DNA of 64,000 nucleotides, taken from positions 646 through 64,645 of the forward strand of contig NDHY01000003.1 in NCBI GenBank assembly GCA_003574845.1. The letters are read 5' to 3'. Below the pieces are notes generated by a model. It saw nothing but the letters and a program-made list of their open reading frames with translations, made no database searches and was not told the origin of the DNA. Position 1 is the first letter of the stretch; the number at the start of each line of letters is the position of its first letter. Positions 1 through 10,109 of this stretch are shown one piece after another. Source of the DNA: a candidate division NPL-UPA2 bacterium Unc8. Its GTDB lineage: Bacteria > NPL-UPA2. The position numbers and the translations under genes are program-made.

Positions 1-216
1 GCCTATCAGATATTTCGATCTTCTCGGCAGCTTTCGTTTGTGTTATTAATCCCTCCATAGCTTGATTTATTACGCTTACCCTTCTCAACTCTTTCGCCAG
101 TCATCTTGATAATGTCCTTTCTGTCCATAATGCCCTCCTTTTTGGAGAACATTATAGACTTTGCAATAGGACATTTTAAATAAGTTACAATAGGACATTA
201 TCATTTCGGTATTACA
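1..216 (-). mobile_element. Left end of an IS1202/ISNCY-like insertion sequence, with the N-terminal start of a frameshifted transposase; truncated by the window edge
   Basis: On the minus strand it starts TGTAATACC at 216 and has subterminal repeats AATGTCCTATTG (164-175, 188-199). RBS AAGGAGG precedes ATG at 128, giving MDRKDIIKMT. After a 1-nt shift it reads KELRRVSVINQAMEGLITQTKAAEKIEISDR, an HTH typical of these transposases. Confidence 0.7.
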
Positions 217-254
217 CTGTTTTTTAAAAAGGGTAAGTAGGCACATAAAGGGCG

Positions 255-374
255 GTGCGTAGGAGCGATTCCAGTTTCTCTCGTAAAATGAGTTATTTCC
301 TAATGTTTGTCCTGTTCTCTTGTGCTCTGGCGGCGATTGTAACTTTATTAAAAGTTCTTGACTATTTAACCTGA
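255..374 (+). CDS. Putative 39-aa small membrane protein
   Basis: GTG255 to TGA374 in frame with a hydrophobic stretch YFLMFVLFSCALAAIVTLLKVL; too short for the ORF track. Confidence 0.35.
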   Translation: MRRSDSSFSRKMSYFLMFVLFSCALAAIVTLLKVLDYLT

Positions 375-424
375 ACATGATAAAAAAAGAATTATCTCAT
401 TCAGACAAAAAAGGAAGTTTAGTT

Positions 425-1510
425 ATGCAAAAAGCGAATATTAAATTTAAAATAGCAGTTCTTCCCGGTGACGGGACAGGCCCGGAAGCTGTTAAAGAAG
501 GAATGAAGGTTCTTGAAGCAGCAAGCGAAGTTCATGGCTTCCAATATGAAGTTATTGAGTATGACTTTGGAGGAGACCGCTACCTCCGGAGTAAAGAGAC
601 TCTGCCCGACTCGGCTCTTGAAGAATTCAGGAAAATGGATGCAATCTTCCTTGGGGCAATTGGCCATCCGGACGTAGCCCCGGGAATACTTGAAAGAGGG
701 ATACTGTTGCGTATCAGATTTGCCCTTGACCAGTATGTAAATCTTCGCCCGGTAAAGCTCCACCCCGGCGTGCGGACTCCCCTGAGGGATAAAAGACCCG
801 AGGACATAGACTTTGTTGTCGTCCGCGAGAACACCGAGGGGCTTTATTGTGGAGTGGGAGGATTTTTTAAGAAAGGAACAGAAGATGAAGTAGCAGTGCA
901 GGAAATGATTTCTACTCGCAAAGGGGTGGAGCGCTGTATTAGGTATGCTTATGAACTTACACGCAGACGAAAGAAGAATTATCATATTACCCTGTGCGAT
1001 AAGGCAAACGTGCTGACCTACTCCCATGACCTGTGGAGAAGGACATTTGCTGAAGTGGGTAAGGATTATCCGGACATCAAGCAGGAGTATGCCTTTGTGG
1101 ATGCAGTATGTATGTGGATGGTGAAAAATCCGGAATGGTTTGATACAATTGTCACCTGCAATATGTTTGGGGACATCATTACTGATCTGGGAGCAGTGAT
1201 TCAGGGAGGTATGGGTATTGCTGCCGGGGGGAATATAAACCCTCAAGGAACTTCAATGTTTGAACCGATTGGAGGCTCGGCGCCAAAATATACCGGCAGA
1301 AATATGATAAATCCATTAGCGGCAATCTCTGCCTGTCAGATGATGCTTGAACATTTAGGCGAGGAAGCAGCGGCAACGTCTATTGAAAAAGGGATAGTAT
1401 ATGCTTGCTCACGCTTAAAAAGCCTTTCCGCAGGGGAGATGGGATACACAACTTCTGAAGTGGGTGATATGGTGGCCGCCTTTGTGAGAAAAATAAAGAT
1501 TAAGACTTAA
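425..1510 (+). CDS. leuB: 3-isopropylmalate dehydrogenase
   Basis: [34 protein letters not shown] and EPIGGSAP motifs; ATG425 preferred over 377. Confidence 0.9.
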   Translation: MQKANIKFKIAVLPGDGTGPEAVKEGMKVLEAASEVHGFQYEVIEYDFGGDRYLRSKETLPDSALEEFRKMDAIFLGAIGHPDVAPGILERGILLRIRFALDQYVNLRPVKLHPGVRTPLRDKRPEDIDFVVVRENTEGLYCGVGGFFKKGTEDEVAVQEMISTRKGVERCIRYAYELTRRRKKNYHITLCDKANVLTYSHDLWRRTFAEVGKDYPDIKQEYAFVDAVCMWMVKNPEWFDTIVTCNMFGDIITDLGAVIQGGMGIAAGGNINPQGTSMFEPIGGSAPKYTGRNMINPLAAISACQMMLEHLGEEAAATSIEKGIVYACSRLKSLSAGEMGYTTSEVGDMVAAFVRKIKIKT

Positions 1511-1513
1511 ACA

Positions 1514-2533
1514 ATGCGAAAATTTAAGATTGCGGTAGTTGGAATAGGACTGGTAGGAAGAGAAATTATTAAGATTCTCAAAGAAAGAAGCTTTCCTGCC
1601 TCAGAAATCAAGGTGCTTGCCACAAGGGCAAGAACCGAGGAGATTGGTGGAGAAAAGTATGCCGTTTCAGCTACTACGGAGGAATCATTTCAGGGTATTG
1701 AGATTACCTTTTTTGCAGGAACAGAAGGGGCAAAAGGAGCATCAAAGCAGTTTGGGTGGCAGGCAGCGAGCAAGGGGACAATCGTCATTGACAACGGAGA
1801 TGATTATAGGCTTGATAGCCGCGTGCCACTGATTGTCCCTGAGGTAAATGCCGGGCAACTAAGGAACCACCAGGGGTTTATCTCCAGCCCTAATTGTGCC
1901 ACAATACAATTGGTTATCGTTCTTGCTCCACTTCATCGTCGTTGTAGAATAAAGAGAGTTATTGTCTCCAGCTATCAGTCTGTTTCAGGAACAGGTGGAG
2001 AAGCGGTTGAGGAGCTTCGCTCCCAGGTCAGTGCCATCGCTCGTGGTGAAGGTCCGAAAAAGGCAGTTTATCCTCACCAGATTGCATTCAATCTCTTTCC
2101 TGAGATAGGAAGTCTCCAGAATGAGTTCCCGGGATATTATCGTGAAGAAGCTAAAACTATTAAGGAGACAAGAAAGATACTCAATGAGCCGGAATTTGCA
2201 ATGTCGGCTACCTGCGTTAGAGTTCCTGTATATTTTGGACACTCAGAGGCAGTTAATGTAGAGTTTGAAAAAAGGCTCTCCCCGGAAGAAGCAAGGGAAA
2301 TATTGAGCTTTTCCCCGGGAGTTAGGGTAATTGATAAACCCGAAGTTGGGCTTTATCCTACGCCAATAGATGTGGTCGGAGGAGACGATGTCTATGTTGG
2401 CAGAATAAGAGATGACCCGTCATCTCATAATTCCCTTAACCTCTGGATTGTAGGAGACAACATCCGAAAAGGGGCAGCTCTGAACACAGTTCAGATCGCT
2501 GAGGAGATAATAAAGACTGCCGTTAGTGTCTAA
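1514..2533 (+). CDS. asd: Aspartate-semialdehyde dehydrogenase
   Basis: GxxGLVG, VPEVN, SPNCAT, SYQSVSG, CVRVPV, DNIRKGAALN. Confidence 0.95.
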   Translation: MRKFKIAVVGIGLVGREIIKILKERSFPASEIKVLATRARTEEIGGEKYAVSATTEESFQGIEITFFAGTEGAKGASKQFGWQAASKGTIVIDNGDDYRLDSRVPLIVPEVNAGQLRNHQGFISSPNCATIQLVIVLAPLHRRCRIKRVIVSSYQSVSGTGGEAVEELRSQVSAIARGEGPKKAVYPHQIAFNLFPEIGSLQNEFPGYYREEAKTIKETRKILNEPEFAMSATCVRVPVYFGHSEAVNVEFEKRLSPEEAREILSFSPGVRVIDKPEVGLYPTPIDVVGGDDVYVGRIRDDPSSHNSLNLWIVGDNIRKGAALNTVQIAEEIIKTAVSV

Positions 2534-3140
2534 TTAAGAGGATATCAGAAATCGGCAGGAGGAACTTAAATTCTCCTATACGCTTTGTGAGCTCATCCAC
2601 CTGCTTGAGGACTTCCGCAGAAGGGGATTTATCCTGGCGAAGTTTCTCGGCTATCTTCTCAAGGGAGGACACTGCTTCCTCAACTAATTGAGAATTGCTC
2701 ACCTGTGTCGTTTTAAGTCTTGTTAACATTTCATTTGTTGCAACGGCAAGGTCATGGAGTTCATCTCTTTTTCTAAATCCTATAGGTGCCGGCAGGGTGC
2801 CTTCTCCAATTGACCGCAAAGTCTTCTTAAGTCGGTAAATTGGCCCGGTTAAACGATGCGTAACAAGGATGACTACTGCCCCAATAGTGAGTGTTCCTGC
2901 AAAAACAATAAGGAGTATTCTTGGAAAGAGGATAACATTCAGCCCGGTGAGAAGCTTGTCAAGCATTGGAGATGCCTCTGTTCCCTCAAAGCTGTCAATA
3001 AGCATTGACCACGTTGAAACATAAATTGTCCCGATGAGGATAATGGAGACCGCAATCATAAGGATAATAGTCATTGTGGCGTATCTTAGTTGAAAACTTC
3101 TATCACTAATATATTTCTTTCTTCTTACTTTGTTACTCAT
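2523..3140 (-). CDS. Two-TM HAMP-domain membrane protein
   Basis: RRKKYI..FQLRY N-terminus, 2 TM helices, THRLTGPIYRL...RKRDELHDL HAMP motif, coiled-coil tail. Confidence 0.75.
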   Translation of the reverse strand: MSNKVRRKKYISDRSFQLRYATMTIILMIAVSIILIGTIYVSTWSMLIDSFEGTEASPMLDKLLTGLNVILFPRILLIVFAGTLTIGAVVILVTHRLTGPIYRLKKTLRSIGEGTLPAPIGFRKRDELHDLAVATNEMLTRLKTTQVSNSQLVEEAVSSLEKIAEKLRQDKSPSAEVLKQVDELTKRIGEFKFLLPISDILLIRH

Positions 3141-3154
3141 TTTAACCTCCTACG

Positions 3155-3895
3155 TCAGAATTTCCCATAAATAATATCAGCATTAAAACCTGTGCCACCG
3201 GGCTTTCCATCAGCGCCATGACTAAGAAGGGTAAATGTAGTTTCAACAGAGACCCAGGAAGTTATCCTTACATCAATGAATGTTGTGGGCTTACTTGCTA
3301 CTCTTATCTCTAACGTATTGTTGCCAGACAACAGTGTTATCGGAAGCTTTATGATACTCACTTTCTTCTTAAACTTATCAGGGCTTATTATCCGCTTTCC
3401 ATTGAGCTCTATCCATCCTGCGGTGACACCGTAGTTATCAACAACAATTGTTCCTTTGCCATGCCCTGCGGTAAAGTTGAACGTATGAGTTCCGGGCTTG
3501 CCATGGAATCTCTGGATGGGAGCCGGGGAAAAGAGATTTCCTTCATTAAGAAAATAAAGATAGGGGTTGCCCCACGGGTCAATGGGGGAAAGTCCCTCTG
3601 CATAGGGACCCCACCATCCACCTATGCCTGCCCCTATGAAATCAGCCGGCGGATGAACTTCCATAGTATCAGCAAGAAATTGGGGGTAAACCCCTGTGTG
3701 TATCTTTATACTGCTCAGTGCGAGACCGAATCCAGAGATGGTAGACTTTGCCGCAGCTACCCTTGCCCGTTGCGTCAAATTTTTAACCTGAACTCCCATA
3801 AACGCTGCAAGAATAGCTATAATTGTAATCGCAACGAGGATTTCTAAGAGAGAAAACCCGCGTATTGATGTCTTGTTTCTCAGATATGTAGACAT
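3155..3895 (-). CDS. GspG-like pseudopilin / type IV prepilin with an inserted beta-sandwich domain
   Basis: Prepilin cleavage site G-FSLLE; WGPY, DPWGNPY and C-terminal SHGADGKPGGTG..ADI GspG motifs. Confidence 0.8.
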   Translation of the reverse strand: MSTYLRNKTSIRGFSLLEILVAITIIAILAAFMGVQVKNLTQRARVAAAKSTISGFGLALSSIKIHTGVYPQFLADTMEVHPPADFIGAGIGGWWGPYAEGLSPIDPWGNPYLYFLNEGNLFSPAPIQRFHGKPGTHTFNFTAGHGKGTIVVDNYGVTAGWIELNGKRIISPDKFKKKVSIIKLPITLLSGNNTLEIRVASKPTTFIDVRITSWVSVETTFTLLSHGADGKPGGTGFNADIIYGKF

Positions 3896-5605
3896 CTAAT
3901 TAACTACTAATAATGGGTCCCCGGCACTGACAATCTCGCTTTCAAAGGTAAATATCTCTTTAACTGTTCCTGCATGGTCAGAGTGAATGGGAGTTTGCAT
4001 CTTCATCGCCTCCAGAATAACTACCACATCTCCCTTTTTTACTTTATCCCCTGTTTTAACCTTGAGAGCAAGAACCATTCCATTCATCGGAGAAAGAACA
4101 GCGCCTGTGGGAAGTTGAGCTGTGGGGCTGGTTTTTTCGTTAGTCTTCTCCCCTGATGACTTTATTTTTACTAAAAAAGTCTCTCCATCTACTTCAACTT
4201 CAAATTCTGTGGACGTATCTGCCACAGGAGTATGCAAGGACTCTTCCTTTGGAAGTGATTCTTCTTTCATCTCGCCACGCAAAAACTTAGGGGCGATGGC
4301 AGGATAAAGAGCATAAGTAAGCAGGTCTTCCTCTGTCTTCAGGATTCCTAACGCTTCTGCTTTTTCCTTCAATGTTTCTAATTGTGGTTCAATGAGATCG
4401 GCAGGTCTACAGGTGATGGGCTCTTCATCCCCAATAATTTTTTTTCTAATCTCAGGGTCAATTGACGCTGGTGGCTTTCCATAAAGATGGCGGCAGTAAT
4501 CTTTTGTTTCTTGAGATATTTGTTTGTATCTTTCTCCAGAGAGCACATTGAGAGTGGCTTGAGTGCCAACAATCTGACTGGTGGGCGTAACCAGTGGAGG
4601 GTATCCCAGGTCACGACGCACGCGTGGAGTTTCTTTAAGAATCTCTCCATATTTGTCCATTGCATTTTGCTCTTTAAGCTGGGAGCGGAGATTGGAAATC
4701 ATCCCCCCCGGCACCTGATGAATAAGAGCGCTTACATCAGGTCTTTCTGCAACAGGACTTATCAGTCCTTTATATTTTTCTCTCAGATTAAAGAAGTAAT
4801 ATCCAATTTCTACCAATAATTCTAAATCCAGGCCGGTATCATAGGGAGTTCCCTGCAATGAAGCAACCATTGTTTCCGTAGGTGGCTGAGAAGTTCCCCA
4901 GCTGAAAGGTGAAAAAGCCGTATCAAATATGTCCACTCCTGCCTGACAGGCAGTAAGGCAACTCATGGGGCCCATACCGCTGGTGCAATGAGTATGGAGA
5001 TTTATAGGAACTTTTGTCTCTCGTTTTAAAGCGCTTACTAAATCATAGGCTACCTGAGGAGAGATAAGGCCCGCCATATCTTTGATGCAGATAGAGTTGC
5101 AGCCCAACTTTTCCAGCTCTTTAGCCATTTCTACAAACTTATTAATTGTGTGAACCGGGCTGGTAGTATAACAGATTGCTCCCTGTGCATGGGCTCCTGC
5201 TTCCCTGACTGCTTTGATTGGAACTTCCATATTTCGAATGTCATTTAAGGCATCAAAGATGCGAAAGATGTCCACCCCATTCTTTGCTGCCAATTCCACA
5301 AATTTTTCTACGACATCATCGGCGTAGTGACAGTAGCCGACAAGATTTTGCCCCCGCAGAAGCATTTGCAGGGGGGTATTTGGCATATGTTCCTTCAGGG
5401 TGCGAATTCTCATCCAGGGATCTTCATTCAAATAGCGCATTGGCACATCAAAGGTCGCTCCACCCCAGGCTTCAATGGCGAAGAATCCTACCTGGTCCAG
5501 TTTTTCACATATAGGCAGCATATCCCGCGTTCTCATTCTGGTTGCCATCAGGGATTGGTGGGCATCGCGAAGTATTGTATCTGTAATCCTTACTTTCTTT
5601 TTCAT
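3896..5605 (-). CDS. pycB: Pyruvate carboxylase subunit B / oxaloacetate decarboxylase alpha subunit
   Basis: RDAHQS, EAWGGATFD, IKDMAG, HTH, PGGM, LVTPTSQ; C-terminal biotinyl motif EAMKM. Confidence 0.88.
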   Translation of the reverse strand: MKKKVRITDTILRDAHQSLMATRMRTRDMLPICEKLDQVGFFAIEAWGGATFDVPMRYLNEDPWMRIRTLKEHMPNTPLQMLLRGQNLVGYCHYADDVVEKFVELAAKNGVDIFRIFDALNDIRNMEVPIKAVREAGAHAQGAICYTTSPVHTINKFVEMAKELEKLGCNSICIKDMAGLISPQVAYDLVSALKRETKVPINLHTHCTSGMGPMSCLTACQAGVDIFDTAFSPFSWGTSQPPTETMVASLQGTPYDTGLDLELLVEIGYYFFNLREKYKGLISPVAERPDVSALIHQVPGGMISNLRSQLKEQNAMDKYGEILKETPRVRRDLGYPPLVTPTSQIVGTQATLNVLSGERYKQISQETKDYCRHLYGKPPASIDPEIRKKIIGDEEPITCRPADLIEPQLETLKEKAEALGILKTEEDLLTYALYPAIAPKFLRGEMKEESLPKEESLHTPVADTSTEFEVEVDGETFLVKIKSSGEKTNEKTSPTAQLPTGAVLSPMNGMVLALKVKTGDKVKKGDVVVILEAMKMQTPIHSDHAGTVKEIFTFESEIVSAGDPLLVVN

Positions 5606-5629
5606 ATTTATTTTCTCCAGATAAGTGCT

Positions 5630-6682
5630 TTAAAAAATAGCGGTAGCTGCCTTGCGGAGGCGGTCCACAACAGCCAGCCCCAGTCCATCTGAGACCACCG
5701 ATTCAGCAATGATAATATCAGTTTCTTCTTTGTCAATGCTTCTCAGGACTGAAAAGAGATTATAAGCACAGGATTTTGGGTCATCTCGCTTGCCAAAACT
5801 TCTAACACTGAAGCCGTTATAGTTGGAAATGCTCTCATCCATAGCCATAATGACAACTTTTTTTCCTTGTTGTCCGAAGGAGTCGGCTAATTTTTGCACC
5901 TTTCTCACGACCGAGGTGCAATCGCCCTCTACGAAGATTAGTTTTGCCCTTGGAGCATAGTGAGTATTCATCATCCCCGGCGAGGGCACCGATGTTTTAC
6001 CTGAGAGATTGCCATGCTTTTGTGCGGAAAACAAGGTTACTTTTCCTCCTATTGTCTCCTCTATTTCTTCCCGGGTTATCCCGCCTGGACGCAGGATTTG
6101 CGGGGGGATAGCGGTCAAGTCAAGCACTGTTGATTCTACTCCTATGGTTGTCCCACCACCATCAATAATGAGTTCAAGTTTATCGGCAAAGTCGTCGCTC
6201 ACATGCTGGGCTGTTGTAGGACTGGGACGTCCAAAGAGGTTTGCGCTTGGAGCAGCGACCGGCATTCCCACTGTTTTAATCAAAGAAAGTGCAATTTTAT
6301 GAGCAGGCATCCTGATTGCTACGGTATTTAGTCCTGCCGTAACTATCTCTGGCACAATTGAGGATTTCTTAGCAATTAAGGTAAGTGGCCCTGGCCAGAA
6401 CCTTTCCATAAATCGCTCGGCTAACTTAGAGGTCTCATCAGCAAGAGAAAAATAATCTTGCTTCGCAGCAATATGAACAATCAGTGGGTCAGTAAATGGC
6501 CTTTTCTTGACCTTAAATATTTCTCTTACTGCGGCTGCATCTAATACTGCTGCTCCCAGTCCATAGACTGTCTCAGTAGGAAATGCCACCAAACCGCCAC
6601 TACGGATAACATTTGCCGCTATCCGTATCTTTAAAGGTTCAGGATGAGTTGCGTTTATTTTGATGATTTGCATTTTACTCAC
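5630..6682 (-). CDS. sua5: L-threonylcarbamoyladenylate synthase (Sua5 type)
   Basis: VAFPTETVYGLG, KKRP, WPGPLT, AAPSAN, SPGM..HYAP, SUA5 C-terminal domain. Confidence 0.95.
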   Translation of the reverse strand: MSKMQIIKINATHPEPLKIRIAANVIRSGGLVAFPTETVYGLGAAVLDAAAVREIFKVKKRPFTDPLIVHIAAKQDYFSLADETSKLAERFMERFWPGPLTLIAKKSSIVPEIVTAGLNTVAIRMPAHKIALSLIKTVGMPVAAPSANLFGRPSPTTAQHVSDDFADKLELIIDGGGTTIGVESTVLDLTAIPPQILRPGGITREEIEETIGGKVTLFSAQKHGNLSGKTSVPSPGMMNTHYAPRAKLIFVEGDCTSVVRKVQKLADSFGQQGKKVVIMAMDESISNYNGFSVRSFGKRDDPKSCAYNLFSVLRSIDKEETDIIIAESVVSDGLGLAVVDRLRKAATAIF

Positions 6683-6685
6683 TTT

Positions 6686-7159
6686 TTAGTTTCTTGATAT
6701 TTTCAATATCCTGTATCTTAACGTTCCGGCAGGAACCTTAATCTCAGCCGTATCCCCTTCTTTATATCCCAATAACCCCTGACCAATCGGCGAGGTGATG
6801 GAGATTTTACCTTGCGAAAAGTTGGACTCATCTTCCCCAACCAGAGTATATTGTAATTCCTCTCCCGATTCTATGTCTTTGAGTAATAGAGTAGCTCCAA
6901 TGTAGGCTTTGTCAGTGGCAATGTTTTCATCATCAATTATTCTGACACGGATTAACTTCTCCTCTAAAATCCTGATTTTTTCCTCTAACATGCCCTGCGC
7001 TTCTTTTGCTGCGCTGTATTCAGCATTCTCACTTATGTCTCCATGCGCCTTTGCTTCAGCTATCTGCTGGGATAGCTCTCTACGTTCAACTGTTTTAAGC
7101 CGATACAGCTCTTCCTTCAACATCTTGTATCCACCTCGTGTCAAGAGCGTCTCTTTCAT
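6686..7159 (-). CDS. greA: Transcription elongation factor GreA
   Basis: HGDISENAEY, ISITSPIGQGL, VPAG; likely start MKETLL at 7159. Confidence 0.95.
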   Translation of the reverse strand: MKETLLTRGGYKMLKEELYRLKTVERRELSQQIAEAKAHGDISENAEYSAAKEAQGMLEEKIRILEEKLIRVRIIDDENIATDKAYIGATLLLKDIESGEELQYTLVGEDESNFSQGKISITSPIGQGLLGYKEGDTAEIKVPAGTLRYRILKISRN

Positions 7160-8661
7160 AACCTCTCTTTCAACCAGGGATCTATCCATATCTCGGCATC
7201 TTGTTTTAGAGAATCAAGCCAGCTGCGATATGCTTCAAATTGTTTCCAGAGGAGAAGAGATTCGCGAAGGGTATCTTTTTCTTCAGTGAACTTTTCCCTG
7301 GAAGCAGCTTCAATTTCTCCACCTTTTAAGATGACACTGCCTGCAGGAATTTCTACTACTTTACTTATTTCTCCCGCGGCAAGAGAGAAAGCGGTCTCCG
7401 AAAACTCCTCTGAGAAGCCAATTCCCATGATAAACCCACCTCTCAGGAAGGGGCCGGTATTCCTTACTTCAATACCTTTTTCAATAATTATCTCATCCCA
7501 TCCCTTCTCTTTGATTTTTTCATAATGCGTTTTGGCAAAGTTAGCTGCTAATTCTCGTGCTTTTTTCTCAACTACCGCATCTGCTACCTCTTCTTTGACT
7601 TCCTCAAGTAATTTCAAACGTCTCGGTTGTCTGTCCCGCAAAATAAATATCAGGTAGCCTCCTGGTACTTCAATGAAATTACTTACTTCTCCTTTCTCTA
7701 AAAGAAATGCTTCTCGCAGAAGTTCCGGTGCCCGGCCAATCTTTTCCACACGCTCTCTCCCGTAAAATACCTCTGTCGTTTTAATCTCAAATTTTCCTTC
7801 TATAGCCATCAACTCCCAATCATTTTCCATAAGAAGCTGCCAGGAGAGTTTTCTTGCCTCCCTTCTTGCAAGGAACTGTGCTCTTTCCTGGCGAAGGATG
7901 GTTTCTATCTCTGCTCTTATCTTCTCAAGCGGGATTGTTTCATCATTTACTTTAAAACGATCAATGTTTTCCTCGTAGTAGCGAAGAATTTCCTCTTCCC
8001 TTATCTCAACTGCAGCAGGATCGGGATTAATTGTAATGTAGTCTATAATTGCTTTCTCAAGAGTGTAGAAATCCTCTCTTTTTTCCTCAAAGTATGAGCT
8101 GATCTCAGCATCAGTAATCTCAATTTTTTCTCTGTAATCTGCTGTGCGAAAGGCAATATAATCAACAGCAATTCTTTCATTACGTCGCCTGAACTCTTCC
8201 CAGAGTTCTTCTTCTGAGAGCTCTACCTCTGCGGTTACTTTTTCAATGAGTTTTCGCCGCCCAAGCATCTGGCGAATGTTATCCTCAAATACCCTGGTAT
8301 CAGCTACTCTCAAATGGTAGAGTTCAGAGTCAAATTTTCCTTCCCTCTGAAAGGCTGGATGAGCTTTAATCTCAAGGCTCACTTCCTCATTGCTTACTCT
8401 TATTCCCTGCCTTCTCACCTCTTGATTGAGAACTACTTCATCAATTAGCCTTTCCAGTGCCAACTCTCTATCTTCAAGCTGCCGATAAGCCCATTCTAAT
8501 TCTCTGAAGCTAATCTCTTCCCCGTTAACTGTTGCAGCAATCCCTGTCTCTTCAATGCGCCGGCCTCCTCCCACACCGAAAAAGAAGATAAGAGCCGGAA
8601 CGGTCAGCGCTATTATCACAATAAGAGTGACCTTCATTTTTTTTCTAATAAATTCAAGCAT
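7156..8661 (-). CDS. ppiD: PpiD/SurA-like periplasmic chaperone
   Basis: MLEFIRK plus N-terminal TM anchor, AATVNGEEI SurA_N domain, parvulin-like segments. Confidence 0.75.
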   Translation of the reverse strand: MLEFIRKKMKVTLIVIIALTVPALIFFFGVGGGRRIEETGIAATVNGEEISFRELEWAYRQLEDRELALERLIDEVVLNQEVRRQGIRVSNEEVSLEIKAHPAFQREGKFDSELYHLRVADTRVFEDNIRQMLGRRKLIEKVTAEVELSEEELWEEFRRRNERIAVDYIAFRTADYREKIEITDAEISSYFEEKREDFYTLEKAIIDYITINPDPAAVEIREEEILRYYEENIDRFKVNDETIPLEKIRAEIETILRQERAQFLARREARKLSWQLLMENDWELMAIEGKFEIKTTEVFYGRERVEKIGRAPELLREAFLLEKGEVSNFIEVPGGYLIFILRDRQPRRLKLLEEVKEEVADAVVEKKARELAANFAKTHYEKIKEKGWDEIIIEKGIEVRNTGPFLRGGFIMGIGFSEEFSETAFSLAAGEISKVVEIPAGSVILKGGEIEAASREKFTEEKDTLRESLLLWKQFEAYRSWLDSLKQDAEIWIDPWLKERL

Positions 8662-8673
8662 AAAATACTCCTC

Positions 8674-9990
8674 CTATTTCACCATTATCAAATGCATATC
8701 ACCTACATTTGTGCCTGTTGGTCCGGTAATGATTAAGTTCCCTATTTTCTTAAAATAATTGTAGGAATTATTATCCCTCAAAAATTGAGTAGCATCAAGC
8801 CCCAATTTTTTACCGCTGGAAAGCGTTTTTCCTGTTACCCAGGCACCGTTGGCATCCGTCGGGCCATCGGTTCCATCGGTCCCTGCACTCAATATGAGAA
8901 TATTATCAGTGCCTTCTATCTCTATGGCGGAGGTCAGAGCAAATTCCTGGTTTCTTCCTCCAATGCCATCTCCACGAATCACAACGGTAGTTTCTCCTCC
9001 CGATATTACACAGGCAGGTTTTTTAATTGGAAGATTACTATTGGCAATCTCACGACCAATAGCAGCGTGCATTATGGCAACTTCCCTTGTATCTCCACTT
9101 ATGAGGCTTGAAAGTATGAGCGTGTTATAGCCCAGGCTCTTAGCTTCCTCCTGACATCCCTTTAGCGCAGTTAAATTGTTACCCACCACTATGTTTATGC
9201 ATTTTTTGAAGGCGGGGTCTCCATCTGATGGAGTCTCCATCTCTGGATTGTCCACTCCCTTGCGAATGTGGGTAATCACAGCTGGAGGAAGCTTATTCAA
9301 AAGATAATACTTCTTAATTATTTTAAGAGCATCGGCAAAGGTTGAGTTATCTGGAATTGTTGGACCTGATGCTATTAAATTCAGTGGGTCTCCTATCACA
9401 TCTGACAGGATGAGAGTAACAAGAGCTGCAGGAAAAACAAGCTTTGCCAGTCTCCCTCCTGTAACTCTGGAGAGATGTTTCCTTATAATGTTCATCTCTC
9501 CTATGTCGGAGCCGCATCTTAGAAGAGTAGCTGTGGTCTGCTGCACATCTTCAAGGGTGAGCTCATCTACAGGAAGTAAGAACAATGCAGACCCGCCACC
9601 GGAGATAAGGTTTATGATAAGGTCTCTTTCCGTTGCGGCGCGGGCAAGGCTGACTATTTTCTTTGCTCCAATTACTCCGTTATTATCAGGGACAGGGTGA
9701 CCTGCTTCAGTAACCTCGGTTTTTTTCAAATTAGAAGAATGTCCATATTTTGTGATTATGCGTCCGGTTTTTAGTTTGTTGCCAAGAATTTCTTCTATAG
9801 CCAATGCCATCCTGACAGAAGCTTTTCCTGCACCAATCAGATAAATATTTTCATAATCCGACAGATTCAGGTTCAGCGAATCTCCTATCCGCAGATTATT
9901 TTCTTTCAGTGTCAGTTTTTTCTTAATTGCCAGAAGAGGGTCTGCGGCATTTATCCCTGATTGCATTATTTTGATTGCATCTTTTTTCAT
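8674..9990 (-). CDS. Glycerate 2-kinase (MOFRL family)
   Basis: IGAGKAS, EAGHPVPD, ISGGGSAL, SDVIGD, SGGETTV, GGRNQE, GTDGTDG, TGPTGTNV. Confidence 0.9.
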   Translation of the reverse strand: MKKDAIKIMQSGINAADPLLAIKKKLTLKENNLRIGDSLNLNLSDYENIYLIGAGKASVRMALAIEEILGNKLKTGRIITKYGHSSNLKKTEVTEAGHPVPDNNGVIGAKKIVSLARAATERDLIINLISGGGSALFLLPVDELTLEDVQQTTATLLRCGSDIGEMNIIRKHLSRVTGGRLAKLVFPAALVTLILSDVIGDPLNLIASGPTIPDNSTFADALKIIKKYYLLNKLPPAVITHIRKGVDNPEMETPSDGDPAFKKCINIVVGNNLTALKGCQEEAKSLGYNTLILSSLISGDTREVAIMHAAIGREIANSNLPIKKPACVISGGETTVVIRGDGIGGRNQEFALTSAIEIEGTDNILILSAGTDGTDGPTDANGAWVTGKTLSSGKKLGLDATQFLRDNNSYNYFKKIGNLIITGPTGTNVGDMHLIMVK

Positions 9991-10072
9991 TTCTAATGGG
10001 GTTTATCGTTTGTATGATATCATTTTTGTGTGGCAATATCAACTGATGTATTGGAATTGGTAATTTCAAAGT

Positions 10073-10101
10073 TTGCTTCACTCATACATAATTGCTATAA
10101 T
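10073..10101 (+). promoter_or_regulatory. Sigma70-type promoter of merR-tRNA-Pro
   Basis: TTGCTT-17nt-TATAAT with an extended TG; ATG lies 8 nt downstream. Confidence 0.55.
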
Positions 10102-10109
10102 GTGCCATT

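Noticed and set aside
85..378. 97-aa minus-strand ORF
   Set aside because: It spans the IS end and intergenic DNA; its MSYC repeats simply translate the IS subterminal repeats
419..1246. 275-aa antisense ORF, and the many other shadow ORFs in the track
   Set aside because: They lie opposite or within well-supported genes and have no motifs
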